Below the pieces are notes generated by a model, which saw nothing but the letters and a program-made list of their open reading frames with translations, did no database searches and was not told where the DNA came from. Positions 9,442 through 19,069 of a stretch of DNA of 64,000 nucleotides are shown in pieces. The position numbers and the translations under genes are program-made. The stretch's first letter is position 1. Every line of letters begins with the position of its first letter. The stretch is from a virus (lineage: Duplodnaviria; Heunggongvirae; Uroviricota; Caudoviricetes): positions 42,370 through 106,369 of the IMG/VR virus record IMGVR_UViG_3300032038_000031; one strand, 5' to 3'.

Positions 9442-9687
9442 TTAATCTTTTTTGTTATATTCAATTTCAATTTCTGAATCAGGTTCTTTTTCTATATTAA
9501 AATTTTTAGTTACAGAGAATAAAATATATTCATCAATAATTTCTCCTTTTTGCTTAGTTTGTTTTTTCTTACTAGTATAAGAATCAACAGTAAAACGAGC
9601 ATCTTGACGCAATTCTTCTAAATAATTTTTAACTTCATTTTCGCTATCAATACGATAAGTTTCTTTTGTCTTGATTAAATATTTCAT
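9442..9687 (-). CDS. hypothetical protein
   Basis: 81 aa ORF with RBS. Confidence 0.4.
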   Translation of the reverse strand: MKYLIKTKETYRIDSENEVKNYLEELRQDARFTVDSYTSKKKQTKQKGEIIDEYILFSVTKNFNIEKEPDSEIEIEYNKKD

Positions 9688-9692
9688 ATATT

Positions 9693-9962
9693 TTATTCTC
9701 CTCTTTTGTTGTATTCAATATTAATATCATTTTTCCCATACTTACTAACTTCCGCCTTCTTAATTTTTTTTACGAAGCCTTTTAAAAAATCAGGAGGTCC
9801 ATCTAGTTTAATATGTTTAAGCGGATTAGTAATCATATAATCCACAAGCTTATCATTTGTAATTTGTTCAGTATTTGAACATAAGCCGTCTTGAATAGTA
9901 TATATAGTTTGAGTAAAATCAAAAGGTTGTACACTAATATAAATATATTTATTTTCTTCCAT
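9693..9962 (-). CDS. hypothetical protein
   Basis: 89 aa ORF. Confidence 0.4.
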   Translation of the reverse strand: MEENKYIYISVQPFDFTQTIYTIQDGLCSNTEQITNDKLVDYMITNPLKHIKLDGPPDFLKGFVKKIKKAEVSKYGKNDINIEYNKRGE

Positions 9963-9973
9963 AATCTTTCTCC

Positions 9974-10411
9974 TTAATAACCTACTTTAATAATCGCTGC
10001 ATCATATGGAAATAAATGATAACAGTTAACTAATTCTTTTTTATTTATGTCTTTCTCTTTTGCTACTAACAATGGAGAAGAAACAATCCAGCATTCAATA
10101 GCCCCAAGATTATTAAATTCAATATGATAAATTTTTCCTCTATTGTACAGACACTCATAAAGATCAGTTTTTAATTGATTAATATTCTTTTTAGTACTTT
10201 CTTTCATTTGAAAAATTGTATAATCACTTTTTTCTGAACACAATAGCATTGAATACTTTGATTCGCCGTATTTTTTTACATATTTCTTTAGGCTTTTGTC
10301 TAGTTGTTCTTGCACTTCTTCTTTAGAAAGCTTTTTATAGTTTTTTAACACATAATCTTTATTTATATCATATAAAGTCTGTCCTGTATTTATTTTTATA
10401 TCTTTTCCCAT
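9974..10411 (-). CDS. hypothetical protein
   Basis: 145 aa ORF. Confidence 0.4.
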   Translation of the reverse strand: MGKDIKINTGQTLYDINKDYVLKNYKKLSKEEVQEQLDKSLKKYVKKYGESKYSMLLCSEKSDYTIFQMKESTKKNINQLKTDLYECLYNRGKIYHIEFNNLGAIECWIVSSPLLVAKEKDINKKELVNCYHLFPYDAAIIKVGY

Positions 10412-10902
10412 GATAACTCCTTTAGATTATAAATATTTTGATTAAAAGAACCTCTTAAAAATAAGGTCACATCTCGTTTTTCTTCTTCATATCTACCATC
10501 AATTAGATAATCTATATTTTTCATTATCTGATTAATTATATCAAAATTTTTATTATTTTTCAATTCAGTTACAGTATATCCAGTCCATAGAAAAATTTTA
10601 ATAGAAGGATATTTTTGTCTAACTGTTTGAATTATATCATTTACAAAAGAAATATTTTCATCACAAAGAGGTTCTCCGCCTAAAACAGAAAAATTTCTTA
10701 AAATTCCATTATCCGCAATAGCTTGAATAATTTGTTCTTTAATGTTTTTGGGGATAAGACCTCCAGAATTAAAATCCCACATATCTTTATTATGACAACC
10801 TGGGCAATGATGCGGACATCCGCTAACCCAAAGGCTAACGGATATTCCTATTCCATCTATAAAATCATTTGGCATATATCCATTATAATATTTGTTCTGC
10901 AT
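10396..10902 (-). CDS. nrdG: anaerobic ribonucleotide reductase activating protein (radical SAM)
   Basis: VSGCPHHCPGCHN CxxxCxxC cluster near N-terminus, ~168 aa, directly downstream of nrdD. Confidence 0.85.
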   Translation of the reverse strand: MQNKYYNGYMPNDFIDGIGISVSLWVSGCPHHCPGCHNKDMWDFNSGGLIPKNIKEQIIQAIADNGILRNFSVLGGEPLCDENISFVNDIIQTVRQKYPSIKIFLWTGYTVTELKNNKNFDIINQIMKNIDYLIDGRYEEEKRDVTLFLRGSFNQNIYNLKELSWEKI

Positions 10903-11551
10903 TATCTTCTAGCCCCCTAATTAAACTTGAATGTCTAATTCTTGATTCTACTTCTTGTTGTTTTCCCGCATTAAAAGAAGTAGTATAGTTACCTGTTAAA
11001 TAACCCGTTACTCTGCGGAGTTGTTGGATATTAGTGCTACCACACTCAGGACATTTATCATTAAATTCTCCTGTATAACCACAATTTAAACAAGTATCAT
11101 TAGGGACATTAATTGCAAAATATGGAATATCTTTATCCATTGCATAATTTACTAATGTTTCTAATGCAGAAGTATTTTTTTCCATACCTCCATCTAATTC
11201 AACATAAGTAATACAACCAGCATTACTATATCCAGTTAATTGAGATTCAATATCAATTTTTTCAAAAGGAGATACTTTCTCCCATACTGGAACATGCATA
11301 GAATTAGTAAAGAAGTTTTTATCAGAAACTTTTGGGATAATTCCATATTGTTCTTTAAACTTTTTCATAGCTGTATAGCAAAGATTCTCAGCAGGAGTCA
11401 TATATACCCCAAAATTTAGTTTATATTCTTTCTTAAATTGATCACATCTTTTTCTAAATAATTCCTCAATTTTTTTTGCCAATTTCATTCCTTTTTGAGT
11501 AGTATGATTTTCGCCTATTAATAATTGCAGAGTCTCTGCTAATCCTAACTG
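10883..11551 (-). CDS. nrdD: anaerobic RNR NrdD exon 5 (glycyl-radical C-terminus)
   Basis: Zn-ribbon CLNCGY..CPECGS and RVTGYL glycyl radical motif; begins QLGLAETLQLLIG right after intron-terminal G. Confidence 0.85.
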   Translation of the reverse strand, partial: QLGLAETLQLLIGENHTTQKGMKLAKKIEELFRKRCDQFKKEYKLNFGVYMTPAENLCYTAMKKFKEQYGIIPKVSDKNFFTNSMHVPVWEKVSPFEKIDIESQLTGYSNAGCITYVELDGGMEKNTSALETLVNYAMDKDIPYFAINVPNDTCLNCGYTGEFNDKCPECGSTNIQQLRRVTGYLTGNYTTSFNAGKQQEVESRIRHSSLIRGLEDNAEQIL

Positions 11552-12762
11552 CATTTTTTATACCCTCTCTTTCGAGATATTTACATAGGGTTTAGACTAT
11601 ACCATAAATTGATTGATAGATTTTTTGATTTTCTAATTTATTTTTTCTAATAGGACATTTAAATTGTTGAGTTATTTCTTTCCAAGTTAATCCTCTTGAA
11701 ATATCTCCAACAGTATTTTTTGCTATATTATATTCTTTACCTATATTTTCAAGTGTAATATTAGTAAAGCATAATTTATAACATATCTCTTGAACTTCTT
11801 TTTGTGTTATTTTATTTTGAAAAGTATATTTTTGCACTGGCTTTCTTAAAGGGTATGATAAATCTTTTGGACACCAACTATTTGTTCCTCGATTAATTTC
11901 TCCTATTGTATATGTGTGAACATCTGTTGCTAATCCAATTTCTTCTTGAGTCATATTGGTATTTAAAAGCATATCTAAAATAATATTTATTTTAGTTTCA
12001 TCAATATAACTTCGTGAAGGTGTCTTTCTAATTGGATAATTAATCGAATTATCAATAAAAGATTTACCTCTATTAATATCACTTATACAATAAAGAGTAA
12101 CTCCATATTTAGCTCCAATAATATGAAATGGATATTCAGTATTTTTTAATAATTCTTTAATCTCATCAGCTTGATTAACTGTTAATTTTTGAGTTCCTGA
12201 ACCCCATTGTCCACCTTGGGTTAAATTATAACCCTTTCCAGTTGTATAAAAACTTTCAAAATAATTTATATAGTATTTTTCTTTTTCATTTAATTCATTA
12301 AATGGAATATTATCTTCAACAAGTTCTAATGAAAAATTATTTCTTCCATATTTTTTTATTGCCCTATGAAAATAAGTATTGTCATTTAATTGAGTTTGAT
12401 GTTTATAATCTCTTTGTTCAAGAGTTTGTTTTGTTTGTCCTATATATACCTTTCCATTTATTAAATTAGTATATTTATAAATTTTGCCATTTTCTATCAT
12501 AAAACTTGCCATCCTTTCATGTTTTTTCCTATTATTCCATGAAAATTAATTAATGTCAAATTTTCAATTTTGCCCATTATAGTCGTTGAACGTTCCTCCG
12601 GCCTGGAGGCTTCGCTGCGTCTGGTTTCCCAATCCTTAACGATTTTACCCTACCTTGGTCGCTAACCTCGCCGCTATTATATTCCTATAATAGTTTGGTT
12701 GTTAAGGCTTAAGGGGGTTCCCGCAATTTTGAGCATTTATAGTGGGCCAGTGTTAGGCTTTA
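11552..12762 (-). mobile_element. group I intron 4 of nrdD with GIY-YIG ORF
   Basis: exon ...HGTLAVG(ggT)|intron|QLGLAETLQ, phase 0; intron contains classic R element GUUCAACGACUAUAA and GC-rich core (cagacgcagcgaagcctccaggccggagg). Confidence 0.8.
11592..12512 (-). CDS. GIY-YIG homing endonuclease (I-TevI-like)
   Basis: KIYKYTNLINGKVYIGQT...R..E..N motifs; RBS AAAGGA. Confidence 0.8.
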   Translation of the reverse strand: MASFMIENGKIYKYTNLINGKVYIGQTKQTLEQRDYKHQTQLNDNTYFHRAIKKYGRNNFSLELVEDNIPFNELNEKEKYYINYFESFYTTGKGYNLTQGGQWGSGTQKLTVNQADEIKELLKNTEYPFHIIGAKYGVTLYCISDINRGKSFIDNSINYPIRKTPSRSYIDETKINIILDMLLNTNMTQEEIGLATDVHTYTIGEINRGTNSWCPKDLSYPLRKPVQKYTFQNKITQKEVQEICYKLCFTNITLENIGKEYNIAKNTVGDISRGLTWKEITQQFKCPIRKNKLENQKIYQSIYGIV

Positions 12763-13221
12763 ACCCACCGCTAAAGTACCATGCTTAAGAGCTGAATAAA
12801 TTCCTTCTTCAGGAACATATCCCGCCATAGTATGATTTTCATACATAAACTTTGCACTTTCCATTGGTTGAGAGCATATATAATTAAATCTTTCTAATAA
12901 AGCATCTTTTGCTTCAAAAATACTTTTATCTAAAAGGTTCATAAAAGTATTTATATAATATTCTTCTGGGATTGTTAAATCATCTTTATATTTATTATTA
13001 ACTTCTTCTATTGCCTCCATAGCTATTGTTGGCATAATAATTGTTACAGGACAGATATTTCCTCGTCCATCTTTTTGAGCAGCAGAAACATAATTATCAT
13101 ATAAATGTCCTGTCTCTATTACTGATTGAATGTTCATTTGGTAAGAATTGAACGCGTTAATGTCTGCTCCATTCTGGGTTCTGCATCCCATGGTCGAGAA
13201 CAATTCTACTGGAGTCTGGAT
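12763..13221 (-). CDS. nrdD: NrdD exon 4 (MGCRT...GRGNICPVTIIMPTIAME region); 5' boundary approximate (13221 or 13242)
   Basis: matches NrdD 'sMGCR...GRfN.GvvtiNLp' segment; 3' end fixed by intron 4. Confidence 0.7.
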
Positions 13222-13934
13222 CTGTTTAATTTTTATTTTTTTCATTTTCATAATCCTCCTTAAACTTCCAAATATAACCTCCAGCAGTTTTTTGCTTACC
13301 ATGGAGAACAGTTGAAATACCGCCCTTCCAAATATTATTTTTTTCTCCTGCTTCAAGAACGCTATTATATTCTGCAATAAAATTACCTTTTAAATCAAGT
13401 TGAACAACAGGTTTTTTTGGAGGTCTTCCTTTAAAACCGTTTGCTTTAGCTGATTCATATTGATGTTGACGAGCAAGAGGAAAAGAAACATTTTCTGCAT
13501 GAGTACACCATCTTAAATTATTTACATTATTATTTAATTTATTTCCATCTATATGGTCTACTTTATTTCTACCTAATTTAATATCTTCTTCAGTTTTTGG
13601 AATAAAAATTTCAGCAACTATTTTATGTACCATTCCAAAACTTAAAGTATAATATCCCCAATCATTAATTTTTAATTCTATTAATTTTCCATCTCTTTTT
13701 ATATTACCAAGATTTGAAACTTCCCAAGTACTAGCATAAGGATGTTTATCATCTTTTAAATCTCTAAATACTTTCCATATTTCTTCCATATTAAGCATCC
13801 TCCTCATATATTTCAAGCATTAAAATATTTTGTAATTCTGGATTTTCTTCTAATCTTGTAATTAAAATATTATATTGCTTTTCCGTTAAAGAATTTATAT
13901 ATTCTTCTTTTTGTTTTCTATCATACTCAATCCA
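13222..13934 (-). mobile_element. group I intron 3 of nrdD with HNH ORF (boundaries approximate)
   Basis: NrdD homology breaks after ...PNYANCDVKMQKD (gaT) and resumes at ...IQTPVELFSTMGCRT; HNH stop lies 4 nt before candidate 3' splice (..taaacaG|ATC). Confidence 0.55.
13226..13789 (-). CDS. HNH homing endonuclease
   Basis: VDHIDGNKLNNNVNNLRWCTHAEN HNH_3 motif; RBS GAGGAGG; start MEEIWKV. Confidence 0.75.
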   Translation of the reverse strand: MEEIWKVFRDLKDDKHPYASTWEVSNLGNIKRDGKLIELKINDWGYYTLSFGMVHKIVAEIFIPKTEEDIKLGRNKVDHIDGNKLNNNVNNLRWCTHAENVSFPLARQHQYESAKANGFKGRPPKKPVVQLDLKGNFIAEYNSVLEAGEKNNIWKGGISTVLHGKQKTAGGYIWKFKEDYENEKNKN

Positions 13935-14075
13935 ATCTTTCTGCATTTTAACATCACAATTAGCATAATTTGGATATAATCTTTTAGCTGTTGATTTTAA
14001 TGCTAATTTAAATAAATCATAATTTGGTTCACCAGGATTCCGATTAACCCCTTTCATACATTGAAAAATTACACA
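13935..14075 (-). CDS. nrdD: NrdD exon 3 (CVIFQCMKGVNRNPGEPNYDLFKLALKSTAKRLYPNY...)
   Basis: strong match to NrdD segment 'IFklKeGVNfNeGDPNYDLF.LA...aKR.fPNF'; the listed 102-aa ORF 13791..14099 is this exon read through into intron. Confidence 0.65.
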
Positions 14076-14513
14076 CATTTTGTACCGTTGCTTTCGCAAT
14101 ATTTTAACACTTATTAAAAAGTCGGATTAGACTATATCATTACTAATATTTATAAATATTAGTACAAGGCACTTCGGAACTATATCGCTATAGCCCTACT
14201 CCCATAAGGGATAGTCGTTAGACCTTATTTTTGTTCTATGAAATAATAACCATTAATAGGTTTTTTATCTTGAACTCTTCTCCATAGAGTTGTAAGACTA
14301 ATATTATATTTTATTGCTGCTTTTGTTATAGATGGAAAACTTTCTATATATACACCATTTAGAACAAAAATCTTGGCACAGGATTGTCATATCTTTCGAC
14401 TTAGAGTTTCCCTGTTAGCAGAAATATTTCAACAGTCATTTCCTACTATATTTTATTTCCACACCCGTCTCTGACGGTTCACCTTGTTTTACTTCCCCAG
14501 TAGATTATATATT
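14076..14513 (-). mobile_element. ORF-less group I intron 2 of nrdD (~438 nt) with decayed endonuclease remnant
   Basis: exon ...TSIFP(ccT)|...|(aaaatG)CVIFQ; R-like UAACGACUAUCCC and S-like GCGAUAUAGUUCC elements at 14160-14220. Confidence 0.65.
14226..14385 (-). pseudogene. start-less remnant of HNH endonuclease C-terminal DNA-binding (NUMOD/IENR-like) domain inside intron 2
   Basis: frame ...KIFVLNGVYIESFPSITKAAIKYNISLTTLWRRVQDKKPINGYYFIEQK* resembles tails of 7606..8091 and 13226..13789 products; no start, stop-bounded. Confidence 0.45.
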
Positions 14514-14639
14514 AGGGAAAATACTTGTTTTATGAAATTTGCCTACACCATTTAAGCATCCGTTTAATATTGCTCGAATAACAAGTCTTCCTTCTGGTAA
14601 TGTACAAGTTCCTAAATTGATAGATGTAAAAGGCAATTG
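14514..14639 (-). CDS. nrdD: NrdD micro-exon 2 (42 codons: QLPFTSINLGTCTLPEGRLVIRAILNGCLNGVGKFHKTSIFP)
   Basis: not in ORF track; matches T4/E. coli NrdD 'QVPFSSINFGTDTSPEGRMV...GETPIFP' as recalled from memory; bounded by intron-terminal G (tattG|CAA) and exon-terminal U. Confidence 0.7.
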
Positions 14640-14859
14640 CAATAGTTATTAACCATAGGCTTTTTATCCTATGCTCTGGAGATTTCTCTCATTTTCATCG
14701 AATGGTCAATTCCATTCCAGTGTAGCGTACATCTTCACCTTCGCCATTACGCGGTCAGGGTGGACACTCTTGACGGGATTATATTTATTCACCCGCTACG
14801 CGTTACGGTGACTCCTAGCCTTTCGCTATCTAGAAGTTTACCTCGGTATTGTCATATTT

Positions 14860-15693
14860 TTAACATTTTAAATTATAATGCTGTAAGAAATTATCATATA
14901 TATCTTTTTTGCGATTAAGATAGATAGTTGAATAATTATACATCCAATCTCCAAATGTTTGCATATCTTCAATATTTTGGATTTTTAATTCACTTAATTG
15001 TCTATCTTTATAATCATAAACCAATGGCTTTTGTTTTAAATTAAGATGTTCAAAACTATAGTTAGAAATATCTTCCATTAATTTATGAGTTCCACAAAAA
15101 CTAATAGAATGTAAAAATCTATTATGTCCATCTTTATTAGGACTTGGTTTTGCCATTATACTACCATCACCATCAAATATTCCTCTAATAAGATGAGGCA
15201 TCATTTCATATGAAACTTTAGGAAGATAGGTGCTGTAACTTTTTCGAGGAACCACCCCATATTTAGCAAGGTCTTCTGCCATTATATTGCTACGAACAGC
15301 TATCTGTCCACATCCTCTGCCATCATGCCCTACTGAAGTATTAGCGTGTAAAACCTCTTTAAATTTTTCAAGCATATATTCATCTTTTAAATTCAATGTA
15401 ATGGATATAGAGGCTTGTCTTCCAGTATCATCTTTAAAAACATTTCCATCTGAAATAAGTAAACCTAAAAAGTAAGCCTTTGCTTCTTCGTTTATATCTT
15501 GAAAGAAATGCTCTCTCATGTTAGGATTATTTAATTTTGCTTTAGTATATTTTGGAACATCCTTTAATATTTTAGTTACTGTTGGATGACTTAATTCATA
15601 TTTATCTTCAACTTGTTTTATAGTCATCGGTTGAGATAAATAATATTTAATAATTTCTTGCTTTAATTCTTCTGTTATAATTTTTCTTGGCAT
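14860..15693 (-). CDS. LAGLIDADG homing endonuclease (two-motif)
   Basis: YFLGLLISDGNV and RGIFDGDGSI motifs; RBS AAAGGAGGA. Confidence 0.8.
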   Translation of the reverse strand: MPRKIITEELKQEIIKYYLSQPMTIKQVEDKYELSHPTVTKILKDVPKYTKAKLNNPNMREHFFQDINEEAKAYFLGLLISDGNVFKDDTGRQASISITLNLKDEYMLEKFKEVLHANTSVGHDGRGCGQIAVRSNIMAEDLAKYGVVPRKSYSTYLPKVSYEMMPHLIRGIFDGDGSIMAKPSPNKDGHNRFLHSISFCGTHKLMEDISNYSFEHLNLKQKPLVYDYKDRQLSELKIQNIEDMQTFGDWMYNYSTIYLNRKKDIYDNFLQHYNLKC

Positions 15694-15707
15694 AATAATG
15701 TCCTCCT

Positions 15708-15736
15708 TTGCAATAATATTATATCAAAATATTTAA
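15708..15736 (-). promoter_or_regulatory. consensus sigma70 promoter TTGACA-17-TATAAT inside intron 1, upstream of LAGLIDADG ORF
   Basis: minus strand TTGACAagtgttaaatattttgaTATAAT. Confidence 0.6.
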
Positions 15737-15846
15737 CACTTGTCAAATATTTTCTTGCATTATTATACCAAAATTAAAAACTTAGAGTTTACCGATTTTG
15801 CCCAATTTTTTACTAAGAATTTCTTCTTAGGGAAACCAATTTGTTA

Positions 15847-16791
15847 ATTTCCGCTTCTTGACTGCAGTGTGTTGAGATTATGGAACATCCCTTCTGCAGC
15901 TTGTTCGACTTCCTTTTTGGTCATATCCATTGCATATTTATAAGTGTCAGGACATTCCTTATAAATTTCAGCATCTATACTCTTAGTGGGATCAATTCGT
16001 TCAATTATGTACTGTTGATAATTGCTCTCGAGTAAAGGTTCTGATATATACTTTAAACCATCAACATAATGCTTATAAAAACTCTTTCTTACATATGGAA
16101 CCATAGTCCAATCTAGGTGAGAAGCAGAGACTCCCCCAAATTGCTGAAGACTTTGTAATTGGAATGTTACCGCCAATAGTTGAAAAGCTGTACTTACACT
16201 GTTTGCAGGTCTAACATCTGCTTGTCTAGTATTAAATCCTTTTTCTAATAAATCATCAATAGGCAATGTTAAACAATTATGCATTCCTATTGAATAAGAA
16301 TCTAAATCATGAACATAAATACGATTATGTAAATGATTATATCTCATACGAGGAGACATTACACGGTTTAAAGCATCATCTTTTAAAATAATATTAGAAG
16401 CTTCACCTTTTCGACCCCCAAAAGACATCTCATCTAAATTTGCATTTTGATTTTCAATATTTGCCCCTAATAATTTATTTCTCATTTCTTTTGTTAAAGG
16501 GGTCTTTTGATTTCGATTTCGATTTCGTTCTTCTCTATAAAGAATAAAAGCTTTAGCAACATCTTTTCGTTTAGTTGCCATTAATCCTTTTTCAACTAAA
16601 TCTTGAATTTCTTCTACTGTTAAAAGCTCATCTTGTGCTTTTGTTTCAATATAAGTAGCAATATTTTCTGATTTTGTTAAAGCGTAATCAGAAATATTCC
16701 CATCAATAGCACAAAAAGCTTTTTTTATAGCGGAAATAATCTTTTCTTTGTTGAATTGTTCTATTCTTCCATCTCTTTTTTCTATAATCAT
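15847..16791 (-). CDS. nrdD: NrdD exon 1 (ATP-cone + N-terminal catalytic region)
   Basis: MIIEKRDGRIEQFNKEKI ATP-cone; ...NLNTLQSRSGN matches NrdD 'NLN..SRaGsQ'. Confidence 0.85.
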
Positions 16792-16860
16792 TTTTATACC
16801 TCCTAAGTATTTAAATATTTTTAGGCTATATATAAATATATCAAAATTATAATTAATAAA

Positions 16861-17529
16861 TTAAAATAATTTGACATTATTAAAATATTCTTCTAGTTCT
16901 TTTACCTTATCAGTAAAATCATAAGTAAATATATTAATATCATCATCATTTTTAAAACCAATACAATTAAAATCTATCTCTTTAAAATCTTCTACATCAC
17001 TTAAAAATCTTCTACAAATTTCAACACAGCTTGGATTTTCTTCTCGATTTAAGCATCTCTGAAGTCGAGTCTTTGAAGGTACTGAAATAAAAACGGGGCA
17101 AACTAGTAAATTAGGATCTCTTAATAAACAATGAATACTTTCAATATCATAACAACCAATATTAATTTTTTCTTTATCTAATTTATCTTTTTCTGTCCCA
17201 TAAAACCAAGAATTATAACAAACTGCTTCAATTAATAAATGCTTATCTAATAAGATTTCTTCAAAAGTTTTTTTATCTACAAAATAATAATCTTTTTTAT
17301 CAACCTCATAATCTCTTTTAGGACGAGAAGTTGTTCTAATAATATTAGCAAAAGTATTAGGAAATTGTTTTAATAATTGATTTTTAATTGTATCTTTTCC
17401 CGCTCCGCTTGGTCCAAATAAAGCTACAATTTTAATTTGTTTTTCTGTTGGGGGAGGACTCCAATAAGCGAGATATTCTCGCTTAAAGGTTTCTTCATTC
17501 ATCGAAATAGTTTCCTTGTTGTCTATCAT
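16861..17529 (-). CDS. guanylate-kinase-like nucleotide kinase
   Basis: GPSGAGKDT P-loop + TTSRPKRDYEVDKKDYYFV (GMK 'TTRPpRpgEvdGvdYhFv'). Confidence 0.6.
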   Translation of the reverse strand: MIDNKETISMNEETFKREYLAYWSPPPTEKQIKIVALFGPSGAGKDTIKNQLLKQFPNTFANIIRTTSRPKRDYEVDKKDYYFVDKKTFEEILLDKHLLIEAVCYNSWFYGTEKDKLDKEKINIGCYDIESIHCLLRDPNLLVCPVFISVPSKTRLQRCLNREENPSCVEICRRFLSDVEDFKEIDFNCIGFKNDDDINIFTYDFTDKVKELEEYFNNVKLF

Positions 17530-18911
17530 GTCTAAGTGTTAATTCTCCTTTTTCATTTATATCTTCAATTAAATATAGTTGATGAGTAGGAGTATGTTTA
17601 TAAGTTTTTGTAACAAAAGTATCTTCTCTTCTATACCCAGTTACTAAAATCTTCCTACCTCTAGTGAACCAAGATTTTTCTATTACTTTTTTTACTCCAT
17701 CTTCATTAATTGCAGAAATTTGTCTTTTATACATTGCATAATACTCTTTAGTAAATTTAACAGTTACAACTCCTGTTGGGGTTAATAGTACAACTGATGA
17801 ACGAGCATCATTTTTATCTAATACTGTTCCTGCAATCTTATAAGTTTTCCAAATAGGAATATCATGTCCTTTTCTTTTAAAATAATATTCCGCCTGAGGT
17901 TCTGATGGTAATTGGAAAAAATCAACTAAACCATACTGATGAGCATTAACATTAGCTAATTCATGAGCATGACTATAAAAACATACACTTTCCATTTCCC
18001 AAGCAGATATTGTACCAGAACCATATTTTTCCCATTCCTTTAGAAAAAGACATTTATTATACTGCTCTAAAATATCTTTTTGATTTTCTTTTAACCAATC
18101 TCTAATATAATCCATTGAATTTTTATAATACTTATCCCAAATTTTTATTGGAATAAGTAAAACATTATCTTGCATTTTTATAGAATCTATAATAGGAGAA
18201 AAATATTCTTCTAATTTTTCATTATCTATTAATAAACATTTCTTATCTGTTGATATTGTACTGTAATATCCATCTTGAATATACACGCTATGTTTAAAAA
18301 ATTTATTAATTTGATATATACCAATTTCTTTTTTAAATTTAGAAGGAATTAATTTTTCTTTTAACAAACCATTAAAATTCTGTAAAGTTAATTTATTCTT
18401 TTTTCCACAAATACGATCAATATAATAAATTAAAATAGCTTTACGAGGAGCTTTAGGAAAAATTTCTTTAGCCCATTTTTCTGTATTATCAAAAGCTCCA
18501 GCTTTAATCAATGAAATCATAACTGTTTTTGTTTGAGGGCATCTGTTTAAAAAATCTTTTAAACTCTTATAAGGTCTTTTTGCAATAATTTCTTCTACTA
18601 CATTTGTTCCTACTTTATTAACTCCTTTTAAACCAAATAAAATAGCATTATTTTTAATATCTGGGCGGAAACCATAACTAGAATTATTTATATCTACTAA
18701 AGACACTTTAACACCTTTAGATGTAATTTTTCCTATTGCCCCCGCAATTTTCCCATAATTAGTACTTTTTTCTTTTTGGTTTTTTATATCTTCTTGTTCT
18801 AATGAACCACTATTTACAATTAAACAAGCAGTATTCCAATAAATTGAATTCCAGTGAGTTGATAATATTACAGTTTGCACTCCTATAAAGCTATAAGCTA
18901 ATGCGTGAATA
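17495..18911 (-). CDS. dnaE: DNA polymerase III alpha (DnaE-like) exon 4
   Basis: begins (I)HALAYSFIGVQTVILSTHW ~ E. coli '[20 protein letters not shown]'; 'VKVSLVDINNSSYGF' ~ DnaE 'vlpPDVN.S'. Confidence 0.7.
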
Positions 18912-19069
18912 CATTATTAATTTTAATTAATAACTGACTATTTTTTACGAGGTTTGTAGTGAGAATTGGCGGTTCTCTCCCCCGCACACTATTTCCCAGA
19001 ACGTATCAATAGTTCTAGTACTCTCCGTCTAACCAGAGATAGTCGATACAACGTTTCTTGATAATATGA

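Larger units (their letters stand above)
14640..15846 (-). mobile_element. group I intron 1 of nrdD with LAGLIDADG ORF and internal promoter
   Basis: exon 1 ends ...SRSGN(aaT) then TAA; GC-rich structured 220 nt downstream of ORF (14640-14860). Confidence 0.7.

Noticed and set aside
13791-14099. Listed 102-aa ORF treated as a separate gene
   Set aside because: Its first ~47 codons are an NrdD exon (..GVNRNPGEPNYDLFKLA..). The rest is read-through into intron 3. It is better explained as exon plus intron than as a free-standing protein.
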